Source: Lepidodermella squamata
Taxonomy: Eukaryota > Animalia > Gastrotricha
Direction of reading: 5' to 3'
Length of the DNA stretch: 64,000 nt
Assembly (NCBI GenBank): GCA_047495785.1
Contig: JBLDXI010000009.1
Span: 248,001-312,000 of the forward strand
This document shows, piece by piece, positions 26,401 through 40,840 of the stretch. The position numbers and the translations under genes were made by a program. Each line of letters begins with the position of its first letter. The stretch's first letter is position 1. Under the pieces are notes generated by a model. It did no database searches, had not been told where the DNA came from, and worked only from the letters and a program-made list of their open reading frames with translations.

Positions 26401-27505
26401 ATCATCCAACCTCCTCCATGCATAGAATGCGAATTTCCGCAAACACGTCGCGGTATCGGTGAATATACACAGCCTTGAAACTTGCTACGATGACTCTTTT
26501 TAGTTCTTCCAGGTTATCTTCCAACTGAAAACAATATAATTTTCTGCACCCCTCAATCAATCAAAATAATATTTACGTTGTTCAGATTCTTCTGGAGAGT
26601 TGCCAGGCGCTCCTTACTAGCTCGCTCACGACTCTTGGCTCGTTCAGCATCGAGTAACCGCTGAGCACCATCAAGGGAATTCTCAACTTTAAGCATTGCA
26701 GACACCAGTGCAGACATCACTTTTAAAACTACGAAGAGGCGTTATAAATATTTTAATCGCGTGAGAATTGACTCGGTATCTTACCAACAAATGTGCCGGT
26801 ATGCCGGAAAGCTCTCACTTGCGAATCGGCCATCGCGCCAAGAAAGCTAGTAAAGCGTTCCAGCAGCACCCCATCGTAAATTATAGAATTTTGACATGCT
26901 TCAATAAGCGCCTTGATGAAGTCCGTCATGGATGAACGAAACTTCTTAAGATGGGGACCCGACATAGCCATAGGATAGAGGCCCCCAGCAGATCCCTCCG
27001 TAAATTCAGTTGTCATGGCGGCCAGAGTATCATGTAACTCCTTCCTCCATATGCTAGATGACAATGGGTTGGGACAGCCGCTAGCTTCAGCTATGAGATT
27101 ATGCAAATCAGAAATAGCTGATTCTTTGTTTTGGTTATATTTCTCGACCCATCGTGCAGCCAAGGTTTTCGGGTTTGCTTTAGGTGCTTTGAGACGAGTA
27201 AAAAGACTAGCGTATCCACCTGAATCCACCAATGTGCTATCTTTAACGTCATAATCAGTAGTCATATCCGACTCCATATTTTCTCGCTTCATTCGAGGAC
27301 GCTTTTTGGGAGAATTATGACCACCGATACTCGGGCGCAGCGGCAGGTCCATTTCATCATCATCGTCAGCGTCATCTATTGCATTGCGGTTAACAGTAGT
27401 ATCGTTAAGAGGCTCTTGAGTTTCAGATGCCAAATTCAGCGATGCCTGTAACTGTTTCGAGATAGATGCAGATGCCGATGCTTTGGCACGCCTATCAGGA
27501 CGCAT
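23431..27505 (-). CDS. STAG1: Cohesin subunit SA/STAG (Scc3 orthologue), multi-exon
   Basis: STAG domain ([31 protein letters not shown]); SCD region ([48 protein letters not shown]); acidic C-terminal tail. The STAG1/2/3 distinction is not meaningful for an invertebrate gene. Confidence 0.93.
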
Positions 27506-28837
27506 TCCTTTAATAGAGGTGCCTAAATAAATAAAAATATCGAACTTGATAATCGTCCTTTCAAAGAAATGCAATGGGCAAGGACACTATGAATGAGCTG
27601 AAATATTAGACCGAGCCTTCGTCGTGTGATCAAAATACTCCACTAAAATAACTTTAACTAAATAATGATAGTTGGATATCAAGATGAGCCTTGGCAGTGC
27701 CCCAGCGATCGAACTCCCTATTGCACAAAAACACAGTACTGGGATGTATCGGTGTTTTACTACGAGGCGTCACTGAAAACAGGAAATGCATAGAAATTTG
27801 CGTATTTCGAGGGACTTTTGGGTCAGGAATTGGTTTTTCAGGGTTTCCAGACTAATTAAACCAAAGGTTATAAGATTTTCCACGTAGACTGCGATGAATC
27901 TGGGCCGATTTTCGATTTTGGGACGCCAGTAGTCGTTCGATTGGAACGCCCAAAACGACTCTTCGACTCTTCCTTCCCTTCTCCTGAGAAAAGGACGCGC
28001 GCTTTTAAATTAATTATATTATTGTTTTATCACTTTCAAAATCTAAAATGACAGATTGTGTTATTTTAATATATATTCGGCGAAAATATTATGAGTGTTT
28101 GGCGGGTTAGATCTTTTTAGAGCGGATGCGTTGCCAGCACTTTTCGTCTTTGCTAAATTGTATTTCGCTTGGCTATGGGCTATTGTTAACTGAAGGCTGA
28201 AGGTCCTTGGCTTATGCGGCGCGACTTTCAATTTGGAGCTTCCAACACGGATACACCCGTAGCCACCGCTTAAGGGCGTAGACGTGGTGGTCATACGCCA
28301 TACTCCACTAATGATTGAATGCTTTGAGGAACCTAGAACCAACGTCCAAATCGTTTGGCGTTTGTCTCCTTTCTCAGTCCGAGCCTGTTATTGCGCTCTG
28401 AAGAAGGGCTGTGCAGTCAGTACAATCCTCCTGGATACTAGTCGGACTAGCCACTACGCTGACCTTTTTGTCATGTCGAAACAAAGCAAAACGAATTCTG
28501 AAATTTGAAATTCTGTGGATCGTGCACCATTGTGGCTCCTTGTTTTTTGGCTTAATGAGACTAGGACTAGGTATGCGTGATAAAAGACCTGCTCGATGGT
28601 GCTTCGGCTTGGATAAATGGTCGCAAACGCTTGGGCTTGAACTCAAATATAGTCGACGGCTACTTGGACGCTTGCTTGCTGTCGGGTTTTGAAAAATGTC
28701 CTATGCAACTGCGTCAACAAAACACTCTTGATTCGATTTCCAATCTTATTGTGTATTTACAACCCTTTAGTGCAAGCGCGCATTCCTTCATGCTCATTTT
28801 TTTAGATGTTAGCTTTATACTGTGTTTAATGTTATAA

Positions 28838-31800
28838 ATGGGAAATAAACTGAGTGGATCTAGCTCATCGAAAAATGCTGTTCTGAGCGGTGGCAGCTCT
28901 AATGGTAGCAGTATTATATTTTCCAAACTCATATATATTTGACGAGTTTATTTTCTGCAGATTTGAAAAGAGTTTTAGCGGCTTTCAAAAGTCTTGCTGG
29001 TCCATCAGATTTTATTTCGAGAGATCAATTTTTGTTCGATGTTTTTGGTGGCTTTTTACCGCCTTGCTTTGGCAATGTAAGTTTATTCCGTCATTAATCG
29101 CGCGATTAGCATTTTCTGATTTTTTTACAGCGCCTTTTTGAGGCCTTTGGTGGAACCAAGAAAGGTGTCAGCATTAAGGATTTGATGGATGGCCTGTCTA
29201 TATTTTTGATAAGCGATCAAAAATCACGACATAAATGTTTGATTATACTTTAGTATTTTGATTTTAATTGAGTTGCGTTTTCCCTTGCAGTTGTATTTCG
29301 ATTTTATGCCGGCGACGGTGATACTCTATATAAAGATGAATTTATGAGAAAACTTCGCGAAGACCAAGACGTCAATAGCTCAACCAGCTTATTGTTTCAA
29401 AACGTGAGGAGTTGCGATGCGATTGCACTTATATATATATATATTGTCTTACTCATGTATAGGATCAGAGCGTCGATTTTTTGGCGTTTTCGAATTGGCT
29501 TCAAAACAACCCGGATGCACTTGACATACACCGCTTGCTGACACAAGGTCTTTCACTGACTACAGCGCCGGAGAAATTTATCCCATCGTTTCATCAAGTT
29601 CTTGCCGGAATCACTCATTGTATGAGGCAAATTTAACTTCGAGTGAAATATTCACGTGTCTTTTGTTTAGTTAATGAAGAAAATGTGGCCTCACTGGAAC
29701 GAACGTTTTGGCAACTAGTTAATTCTTCACCTAGTCACCAGTTTGATTCAGCTGTTTTTGTGAAAATTGTTTCTCCACCGCTTTCTCCTGATGTGGCCAA
29801 GCTGTTGTTTTCTTCGTTCGATGACCGCAAAGACGGCGTGATTGACTTACGGGAGCTTGCAGCTGGCATTTCAGCATGTTGCTACGGCCCAGTCGTTGAA
29901 CGAACTAAATTTATTTTCCGCCTATTTGACACCGACGAGGACGGGCTACTTAAACCAGATGAGATAGACCAAATGTTGACAGCATTACTGAAATCGCAAG
30001 TCTTGATGAGGCCTAATTCCGCCAGCTCATCATCAGGAGGCTCTGTTGTTTTCTTACTATCGGATATAACAACGATAAGGGAGAATATCCTTGCAACTTC
30101 AGCCAATTTGACTGCAGGTGGATCTTCCTTAGGGTTGAATCTTGAGCAGTTCCTCCAGTGGACGCTGACTTGCTCATTGCATCAGCCTTTTCTGGAAATA
30201 TTATTTCAAGTGTGCCATATTGCCTTTGGTCTCCGGCCTCCCGATAAAAAATTCGAGGGAGCTATCATCCGGTCGTACTTGGAACGATGTGATGCAACCG
30301 AACTGATTCCTGGGGATACAATTTACCTGATACCTTTGACATGGTGGACGTCTTGGTGTTCATGGGTCGGTTTGCAGACAAAATCACAAATATCTCGCAC
30401 CTCGTCAATCAAATCACAAAGCAAGCCTAATAACTCGCCAAACTTGAGTAAGCGACCGTCGCCGCAATTTCAATCGTCGAAAGAGGTGTATCAAACTTCT
30501 GTTAGCGATACCAACATAGCAAATAATGGTGATGCTAACGTCGCGAAAGCTTCCGAACCGAATGGATCTATTTCTTCAAACGGTTCTGCATTTCACACTC
30601 CAACAAAGCGGCCTGTTTTGCGACAAGGCCGATTTGTCGCAGCCGCTTCAGAGTTGTTGGACACAAAGCAGCCTAATCAAGAGCAAGAGCCGCCAGAACC
30701 AGGCCAAATAGATACCTCTTCACTTTTATCGAATATGCAAGCTCCGACCGAGCACAACAAAATATGTCTGACACCGGACGCCAGTCGCCCGCTTCGTGTC
30801 CAAATGGCGCCTTTCAGCCCAGGGTACGGTTTCGAAGTTCTACCAGCAAGTGTTTGGCTGGCTTTCCAGGCCTGGTACGGCATCAAAGCCAACACATCAC
30901 CGGTGATTCGTCGCGTCGTCGTTAACACGGTGACTTCGTTGCCTGAAATCGAATACCAACCGATTAGGCTGGCTTTTGTCCGCCAATCTCAACCAGCCAG
31001 TAACCAGTCATTCAATGCTGCACAAGCAGCGGCTGCTAATCAAGCCATGTCATTCGGTATCGGCATCGGCTCGGCGGCTTCGTTCATGAAGTCAGTGTTC
31101 AGTTCGTCTAACAACTACGCCTATCCTTCACCGGGCGGTCCCCACCAGGTCCCGGCCCCGATTCCAACTTTGTCGGGCAGCGTGAGTTCCGCCGATTCTT
31201 CTGCGGCGAATTCTGCTCAGAATACTGCGAACAAGTATTACGATGCAGCTTATGGCTATTACAGCCGTTGCGCTACTCTTGGCGAAGTGATCAAGTCATT
31301 CCTTGGGCGATTCCACTTGCATCAAGACTCGATTCGTCTGTGGCTGCTCAGAAGCGGTAGCCAACAGAATGTCGCGGCGGCGAAACGTGTGCTGATCTGG
31401 TCACCTGGCCAGCCGGACTCGGTTACCCTAGCGCAGGCCTTCACGATTGCATCGGAGGATTTGAATGTGATAGATTTTCGGATTTTGATCGAAGTTGCTA
31501 ACCTTGACCAGTCTTGGCCGGAGGATGCGCATCTGGAAACGAATAGCGTAAACGGGCGCGATTCACCGCGGCCAAGTGACGGCCAGTCAGTCAGTTCCAA
31601 CTCATCAGGTGGCCTAATCGGGTTCCAAAATTTGGGCAATACGTGTTTCCTGAACGCGGCATTGCAGTGCCTGTCAAATACTCCGCCTTTAACTCGCTAT
31701 TTCCTGCGAAATATCCACTTGCACGAGTTGAATATGGCGAACCCTCTTGGTTTCCACGGCTTGATAGCGCTGCGTTACGCCGAGCTGATCGCTATGGTCT

Positions 31801-33791
31801 GGAAAACTGGCTCGCCCAAATCGAACCAGAAACCATTGTCCCCGGCTAAGATCAAAAATTTGATTGCGAAAACGTGGAGCCAGTTCGGCGATAGCGAGCA
31901 ACAAGACGCTCAGGAACTCATGACATTCCTGCTTGATGGCCTTCACGAAGACCTGAATCGGAAGCGGCAAAAAAGTGAAGAAAATGGGGAGGCTGACTCG
32001 GCGCAGAAAGAGCCTGAGCTGAAAGGCGTTGAACTGGCGTGGAAGAAGCACCGCGAGTTCAATAACTCGATTATAGTCGATTTATTCCACGGCCTGCTGT
32101 CGTTCGAAATCAGCTGTCCGCAATGCAGACATGTCAGCAAGACGTATGACCCGTTCAATTACTTGGTACTACCCCTGCCAGTCGACCCTAAAGTCACCGT
32201 CGAATTAACTGTGATTTTCCTGGATGCAACTCGCCAGCCGCTGCGCGTCGGCGTCCGCGTTTCATCCGGCTCGCCGTGCCGCGAAATCTACGACCAATGT
32301 GCCAAAGTGGTGAAGGCGGGCGATGCGAAAATAGACGACCAATTCTTATTAGCCGAAGTGTTCAACGCTGCGGTCGTCCGCTTTTTCGACGCGACTGATG
32401 CACTGGGTCTAATAAACGGCGAACTGGTTTTGTACGAGCTGGGCAGTCGCAAAAAGCAACCTCAATCTGAGCATTGCCACGTCGGTGGTCTGGCTGGATG
32501 TGCGGAGGAGAAGTGTCGCCGCCGCTATGCCGTTTACGACCAGCTGTACGTGCCGATTTCGTGGCGTGATCGCTTCGTCGTTGTTGTTAACCGCCAGCTG
32601 ATTGCTATTCAGAGGTATGTGTTGCCCCAGCTGAACTGGAGGCCGCAGTTTTTCGGCCGGCCTTACATCGTGCCGATGCCTGGTCTCGAAAATGGCTCGG
32701 ACACAGCTCGCCGGCAGCTCTACGACGATATTTGGGCGAGGGCGCAGCGCTACCTGACCCCGAGCGCGAAACAGGACCCGAAATTCGCCGTTGTTCCGAA
32801 CGTTTCCGGCGGCAATTACGCGAGGGATGGCGACTTTCCGCCTGAAAGCGCTGCCCATCCTTTCCCATTCGAGCTATGCAAAGTCACTGGGCCGGCGTGC
32901 CAACGCTGTTCCGTGTGCCCGTGGAGCAATTTCTGCCGCGGCTGTGCCATTTCGTATAACGCGGGGGAGTCGACGGCGGAGAGCCAGGCCGATCAGGTCG
33001 CCGACTTATTCGAGCCGTTTTTGGCCATAAACTGGGACCCTCGGACTATTTTCCTGCATTTCAGCCATCATGCCGAATCAGCTTTTCAACTGCACGAAAG
33101 CGTCGAGGCGTGCCGACGGAAGGACGTCGAACCGCTGTCGCTTACGGACTGTCTGTCGACCTTTTCGCAACACGAACCTGTCGACGGTTACGTATGCGAG
33201 CAGAAGGAGTGCCCGTCTCGCTCCACGCCTGTCACTGCCTCGAGCCACATGTGCCTGGCTCGTTTGCCGCCGATGATGATCGTTCATCTGAAACGGTTTT
33301 TCATGGCTCGCGACGGCCGCTGGATGAAATCGGCGCGGCGCATTAACGTGCCGGTTGAAAGCGACCTCGACCTGGTGGAATACATAGCCAACGAACAAGC
33401 GGGCGCCGCTGCTAAGGGCTCGTTTCGATACAGGCTGTACGCAGCCGTGTGCCACTACGGCGCCCTTCGCAGTGGGCACTACGTGACCTACGCGAAGCAC
33501 CAGCCGTCGGGTGTGTGGTACTTCTTCGACGATACGTCAGTACGGGAAGTCCAGCCGGCTGAAATCGACATGTCCGCCGTTTATTTGCTGTTTTTTGAAC
33601 GTGCCGAGCTCGACTATGACACGCTGCTGCCGTCGATTGACGAATCAGCGACGCCGCCGGCCATGAGCGCGGTCGAGGCGTTGCGGGCTGCTGAAAACGC
33701 CGAGGAACAGCGTCTTGTTGACGCGAAAACTCGAGGGCTGAACAGCGGCGATGCGGCGTCTTCGGGCGCGTCTCGCTGCTCGCTGCAGTAG
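28838..33791 (+). CDS. USP32: Ubiquitin carboxyl-terminal hydrolase 32
   Basis: Spliced N-terminus MGNKLS... (myristoylation-type) with RLFEAFGGTKKG; EF hands (DDRKDGVIDLRE, DTDEDGLLKPDE); DUSP (YLIPLTWWTSW); Cys box GFQNLGNTCFLNAALQCL; QQDAQE; CSVCPWSNFCRGC insert; His box HYGALRSGHYVTY; C-terminal CAAX CSLQ. This is the USP32 architecture. Confidence 0.93.
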
Positions 33792-35041
33792 TAGTAATAG
33801 GAGTTATAGTACATGTATCGGCTGACCTGTGATTTGTGTACAATTCGACTTGTTGTGATTATGGCGTTTTTAAAACAAACGAACTACTCTTCCCAATATT
33901 TTCTATCACGATTACTACAATTATGATCAAGAAACATCGGGTACTTGTATGTATGTGCCTCAATGTGCCACCTTGCGTTTTGTTGTGTCTAAGGAGTCAA
34001 CTGTTCGCTGCTGAAATATACTTATAGCGCTAGCATTCAAATGTAAATCTATTTTACTCACATGATTATTTTTGCACACTGCGGATCAAATTTACGCGCG
34101 CTTGAATCAACTGTAATTCTATTTCGAACGGGTTGTGCTTTTTTCGATTGAAAATTATTGTTACATATAATTGCAATTCCGATACTGGTAATTCACATGC
34201 TATAAGGTGGTTATTCTATTTTTGAGAGAATGAAACAAAATCTTGTATAAGAATTAAATTATTATTATCGTGCTTCACTTAGTAGGAATAGCGAAAGAGA
34301 GATTGTATGCACACATGTTTAATTACACATTCCTCAAGTGAGACAACTTGAATAATATCTTTTTTTACTCACTTTCTGCTGATTTGATATGCTATGAACA
34401 GCGACGATTTTTTTGCTCGTGACAACGAAAAAACAGGTGATTTGTCGTAGGTTAATGATTCGATTTATCGATTCGACAACGATTTATGCAATATTTGTGT
34501 GCAGCCTCGGCTTTATTTTTACCCATGTCAGAAGAAGTGTTATTGTGATTGCGATGCTCGGACGCGTTTATCTCTCCCTTCTATCCGGCCGAAGCTTTTA
34601 CGGCTGTTACTTGCTTAGCAGCCAGGCGTACCGAAAGGCGCGCTTTTTCAGTGAGTTACTATGTTATTGCCGCCAGACGCGCGTACGTCTCATTTTCATT
34701 ACTGCTCCCATAAGTTCGGTCGTTGCAATCACAATCCAACTAATGTTATTACCATGCTACTGAAATGATGATAATGTTGATGAGCGGAAATAAAACCAGT
34801 CCAGGTGGAATCATAATTCGTTGTGTCAGGGTCTGGATATAGTAATCGTTTTACGCTACTGCTGTCATCGTCGCATGACCGCAAGTGTCAACAGTCGGCG
34901 GGGCCATTGTTTGCGACTTCTGGTGCCGGCGCGGCTCACGTCACGCAGTCTGCGCGTAGTAGCGTCGCCCCGCGCAAGTTTCTAATGCCGACGGCCAGTA
35001 GTCTTTTTATAGCAGTTGCATACCATCAGGTACACATTAAC

Positions 35042-36854
35042 ATGAGAGATCAGACCGATTGGGTTTCGTCGTTTAGCTACGGCGGTAACCTTGTTCCCGA
35101 CTGCTTAGAAGCAAAAAATGGCGAGTTGCCAGACGCAGAATCGATACTGGCCGAGTTACCACCGACCAACACCACCGGAGAAGTCGAACACACTTTCAGG
35201 GTTATTCAGATTGGGCGGGCTATGCTTCGACGTCCGCCGCCTTCGACAGCCAGTCTCCAGCTCGTTATTCGAGATTTTTACTTCAACTATCGCCGCTACG
35301 GTTAGAGAAAAGTTTATTAACCATTCTGATATTTATAGGTTCTTTCCCATATTCAATGCCACAGAACAATTCCTCATTATCACGTACCAATAGTTAGTAA
35401 AAACCTTCACCGTCTATGGGGTAGAAGGATTCCAGGGCATTAAGCTCTGTTTTATAGAATTATGCCAATGGGAATGTAAAAAATGACTTGGGCTTCATGT
35501 TTCAGGTTCTCCGGCTATGTCTGCTGAGCACTTTCTAACCGTTAGTTCACACGGAATTATGTTTTCTTCACGAGATACAAGTGGCGAAGTCGAGAAAATC
35601 AACTCATCACGCTACGGCGCTGATGCAATCGTCCAGGCAACAGCAGTTCGGTTCTGTACAAAATCTGACAAACCGTCGAAGAAACAGGCTCAAACTGCGG
35701 GAAAAGCAGAAAAACCGAAATTCGCAAGTGTTTTATTGAACGCTGTTTTATCTCTGGCCGGAAAACGCTCGAAGACGTCAAAAGCCATCAGCGGTCGGTT
35801 TTGCATCATCGACAAGCACAAATTTTCGGCTGCTATGTTTGGGATGCTAGCGGCAGAAGCTGGCGAGAAAGACGGGGCGAAACTACCCGACGGCATGTCA
35901 TTGTCTCAAGCTGGAGAGCAGCCGGGCAGCCAACCACCGTGGTTCCTCGTCCAGCCTGAATTCAACTTCCTAAGCCAATTATACCACCCGCCAATTGTAG
36001 CGTTCATACTGCGTAGACAGCATCGCATTCGGTCGATAGATTTACATGTTTTCGTTTGCTGTTCGGATTCGGACGCGGTTCAGCTGGTGACTTTTGTCAC
36101 GGCGCTGTGTGAGAATGCACGCCAAAGTCAGCGATCTGAGTCGGTGGACGTTGGCGAATCGAGCTCAGTTATTTCTAGCGCCAATTCTCGTCGGTTCAAG
36201 AATAACAGCAATAATAAGCAGTTGGATGACGCTGGGTATTACGAGCGGATGATAGTTAAAGAGGCTGCGAGGGAGGCCAAACTACCGTTCGTCAATCCTA
36301 ATATCGGCTTGTCACCCAGTGGAACGCTGACAACTCGGCACTTGGCATCAAATAAACGTCCGATGAGCCGACTGGCAACACCAAATGTCATTGCTGCATC
36401 TATGGATGATACGAAACCGACAATATTCGACGTTGTCGATAAGCAGCCGTTAGTTAAGCCACTGAAACCCGCTCTGAAGCAGCCGTCAAATAGCGAAAAC
36501 ATGATGATACACAATGGCGAACAAGCCAATGAGCCAGCACGGAGTATATCCGACGAAGAGATAACGCAGGCAACGCTAGATTTACTTCCAACTCTTCAAC
36601 TCGGAGCCTTGCTGCCCGTGAAAGATTCACCGCCTGCATTGAGCCGGCAGCCATCTATGCAGGCGACGAGCTGCCGTCGCGTTGACGAAGACTGCTGGAC
36701 TCAGTCGGAGTTTCCAGAGACGGCGAAGTCATCGCACCGAATTGTTGACTGCACCCGCGAACTACTCAGCTGCAAGAATTCCAACTATGAAGTGGCTTCT
36801 ATGCAAAGTGTTATTTTGTCAGAGGTGCGTAACGCTCTTGGATATATGCCTTAA
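35042..36854 (+). CDS. PTB/PID-like domain protein, uncharacterised invertebrate family (2 exons)
   Basis: Exon 1 has FSYGGNLV (PTB strand-1-like) and splices (about 35301-35506) into LTVSSHGIMF...HPPIVAFILRR...IDLHVFVCCSDSDAVQLV, a PTB C-terminal strand/helix pattern, then a disordered tail. The start could alternatively be 34985. Confidence 0.55.
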
Positions 36855-37217
36855 TCCATTTTCACGTTTCTTAATAAACCAAATATCAAGTTTGTCAAGT
36901 TGAAATGTTTTAACCTCTCAGTTTCGAACTTCTCAGATTGCATTGATATCATATTCTTGAGGGCTTCATTCGAGCGGAAGCTTATTGTTTCAAATGTTTC
37001 AGAGACAGTGGTAACTGGCAGCCAATTATTAGTCAGAGTCAAATATCATATTAGCAATATTGCTTTTATTATCAATTGCAGAAGATAACTATATATAATG
37101 CTAATTCCATTCGATGTTATAAAGTGAAATTCTAGAGGTATATCGGGCTTGCGGCTCAATAACCGAGGGTTCGGAGTTATACCGATGAGCAGGCGAGAGT
37201 GCTAGCTATAGGTTAAG

Positions 37218-40200
37218 CTAGACGTACATGGGGTCGATCAGGTAAACATAAACAATCGAGTCCTGTCGTCTTTTACGATTAAGGCGTCGCAGCAACGGAT
37301 CCACAGATATTTTCTGGCCACTAGTCGGGTAGTAGAGATAACTGTGGACGGGGGTGGCGCGGCGAGAGGTAGCCGGCGACCGCTGACGCCGTTCGACGAC
37401 GCGCGAGCGCATACTGCTGAAACTACTTCGATTGCTGTCTGCTAAATGGTAAATAGGCTTCGGCAACGGTGGCAGTGAAGAAACGCTGGCGCGCGAACAC
37501 GCTCGGAAAAACTCGGATTCAATTTTAGCGAGTGGCGGCTGAGGGATAGCCCAAGCTGGGCGGGTTGTGCGGGTTGTCGCATCCGACGCCATCGACGACA
37601 CCGGCGTTCGAGCGAACACGCTCACCGAACTTGCGGCATCATTTAACGACTGGTCGCTGGACGCGTTGATTGTTGTTATCAAATACGGCAGCTCATCGGC
37701 GGTAGATGGCGGCTTCTGCGGGGTAGAATGCGCGCTCACGGAAATGTACTCTCGCTTCTGAACATGCAGACCCTGCAACAACTCTAGGCGCAGTTCTTCG
37801 TCGTCGAGCTCGGACCAATTTGAGCCATCATCGGTCTCGCAGTCATCGATAACCTCGCTAAGCAGCAAAATATCGTCGTCGAGCAGACGCCTATACGCGT
37901 CGTCTATCATTTTTTCATCATCGTAAGCGGCGAGCATCGAATCATTGACAGCAGGGGCCGCACTATCAGGCGATCGCATTGTCGACGAAAACGAAGCTGA
38001 CGTCACGCAAACGGTAGGTGGAGGCGGCAAACTGGCGAGGGCGATTGTTGCCTGAAGCGCGGCTGGCGACAACTCGATGTCTCGACGGTGCTGGCTGACA
38101 CCGCTGCTGTTGAAATCCTCGAAGCAGCCACCGTCGTCGCTGAGCACCAGATCGGCACAGCTGCTGAGCAGAGCCGCAGCGTTTTCACTCGACGTTGCCA
38201 TTGTCTGACAGCCGGTTGTCGATGCCCCGCCCAGGTTCTCACTGCTGGAAGCTGCCTCGGCTGCCGAGGCCAAAGGCGGTTGCGGAACCTCGAGCAGCCA
38301 GTCTGCTTTTGCAGATGCCGTTTCATCGATAAGGCGTAATGACGATGTGACAAACGCCCGATTCACCATTCGCCCAGCGTGGTTGTTGACAAAGGTTCTG
38401 CATAGCTGTTCGCCATCAGTGGTCGCTGATGACGATGAAACTTCTGAAGCGTACCTTCCGCGCACTTTGAGTATGACTCGTCGAAACCCATTAGCAAACT
38501 TCGAGTAAGGAGACATCTCAGGCGCTTCAACTGATGACGTCGAGACAGTTCTTTGCGAGCTACCTATTCGTTGGATGGCACTTGCTATGCCGGAAGTTGA
38601 ATCAGCGCGCCCGCGACAGCGGAAACAGTAGCACAGAACGCGAATCACCTCGCGCCGAAATCGATGTGCGGATAGACAGAACAGGAAGAAGTGGAGTGCA
38701 AAGTTGGAGAAGAGCAGCAACCGAACCAGGGTGTACAGTAACTGGAAACGTGCGAGGCCGCGGGGCGTTGTAAAAATCGCCGATTGCTTCATCGGCTTCT
38801 CGGCAATGTCGAGGAAAAAAGCTGGCGTAGCCGTGAGCAGAAATTCGATTGAGGCAGCAAAAAGCAGCATTGTTGTCGAGCGCTGGGCATTGTTTGCCGC
38901 CACAGTGCGATTCAAAACTTCGGCAAGTGGCTTCAAGGCGTCGGTCTTGTTCGCCGTCGCCGCCGCCGTCGTAGTCGTTGTCAAGGTTGGCACCGACGAG
39001 CCGTTTAGACGCATAGTGACAGTCGTCGCGAAGGAGCGCTGCGCCATAATCAGAGCCGCCAAAGCCGACGAGGCAGGTGTTAGCGATCGACATGTCGTCC
39101 TAGAATCGCGGGAATGCATTACTCGATCAGTAAAATTGATTAAAACTCACTTCTTCAAGAAAGCGCGCCGCTGCGCCAGTTTTCGAGCGATCGTAATACT
39201 CGACGCCAGCATGAAACAAAACGGCCCAATGACGTACATGGCGAAAGACATCCATGGATGCACGATTCGGTTGTAAATTAGAATTTCGGGAATGTCTCGC
39301 TCGTGGCATTGGGACGTGACAACCGCTATCATTGCCTGTCCAGCTGCCGGGGTTGTACCCTCATCCGATGAGATACTCCCAGGTGGCATCGTAAAATGTC
39401 GATAGAGTGAACCAGTGTCAGTATCATATCCAGTGCTTGGCGCCAAGGTGGTGATTAGACGGTGGGGTATGGTAGTCGAAAATGTTGCACTCGAGGGCGT
39501 GGTTGTTGCGTTCTGCGCGACATACTTGTATTTACGCCCGTACGTGAAGAAGATATGAGCATTGAAGACAGCGAAAAACACACACAACCCTGTAAAAAAA
39601 GTTTGAAGATTTCAATATATGAAAGGTACCATTGGAAAATGACAAATTTAGTCAGAAATTCTTTGAAATCTTTCATCAATTTCAGCTAAGTTTAAACCTA
39701 AAATTATCAAATTTAGCAAATCAGCGAAATAAGGTTTCGAAGCGGATTTAAATTTCGCGGATTTTCCCGAGTTTTAACAAATATTATAACCCAGAAGCAG
39801 CATGCAACGTGGAAACTTACCGACAAAAGCTCGCTTGGCGTTTCGAGGTGTCGAAATGTAATGACATTTGAAAGGAAGAAGAACGGCAACCAGTCGATCA
39901 GCCGAAATCGAGACAATAATCCAAGTTCTACATGAATTGCGACAAAAACGTACTTGGCCATTTAGCCCAGTGCTTTTTCGAGACTTACGTGATGTCCATA
40001 GCACAATATAGCGTAAATCGGTGCAGCTGGCAGGTTAAAAAATGCAATTGACGAATGTCAAAGCCGAAAACAGCTCGTAACCAGTGGCGAGGCAATCCGA
40101 CCCAAAGGCAAATGGTGCACATAACAGCTAAACAGCGAAACAGCCAACTGGCAGCAGTTCTAAAAACAAAATAAGGTAAAATGTTGTTCGAGTTCTAGTT

Positions 40201-40840
40201 TTTTCTATTAATATAAGGATATAATAAAGAAAACGCCTCACTTGTCAGTGAAAGTTTTTCGATGAAGCACGATATAGGTGAGTAGATTTCCGAGGGTTCC
40301 TATTGCCAGCAAAATAGGAAAGATGATGACGATGATGACCCAAGTGGCATCGGACTCCCAGAAGCGAGGAGGTGGCTCGCCAGTTTTGTTGCGCTCCAAT
40401 GCCGCTTCTACGTCTATTACCGCCGTAGCATCGTGATTGATGGTGTGTGTACGCGACACCGGATCCCAATCCTCATCGTACACGGAGACACCCAGGTTAA
40501 TGGCGAAATTGCTGAAGATACTTTCTAGTGAAGTAGAATTTCTCGGTGTCGATAACAGTTGCGGAGGCGGAGAAGTTTCGCCGGCTCCAAGAAGGTACGG
40601 CGCAAGGGGTGGCTCGCTATCGTCATCGTAAGTAACGAAAACTCCTGGAGTAGTCATCGACGGATACACCGAGGCGGCGACATCACTTGGCGAGAGCGCA
40701 ACAACTCGGCTGTTGATGTCGAGCGATCTCGCTAGCATCAGATTCGACGACGTGGTGTTGTCGAATCCCGATAGTGCCAGCTTTTTCGCCGGCGTGGTTC
40801 CGTTACTTATGAATGGGCGAGTTCGCTGACCACGCTCCAT
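37218..40840 (-). CDS. Class A (rhodopsin-like) peptide-type GPCR, FMRFamide/sex-peptide-receptor-like, paralogue 1
   Basis: TM1 FPILLAIGTLGNLLTYIVL; TM3 C..HRF...ISADRLVAV; TM5 YVIGPFCFML; TM6 FLLTATP; TM7 SNFALHFFLFCLS..RFR; very long C-terminal tail. The start codon is uncertain because of a possible upstream acceptor near 40914. Confidence 0.85.

Noticed and set aside
28061-28837. Overlapping 70-93 aa ORFs between divergent STAG and USP32
   Set aside because: No motifs or splice support; more likely bidirectional promoter/5'UTR.
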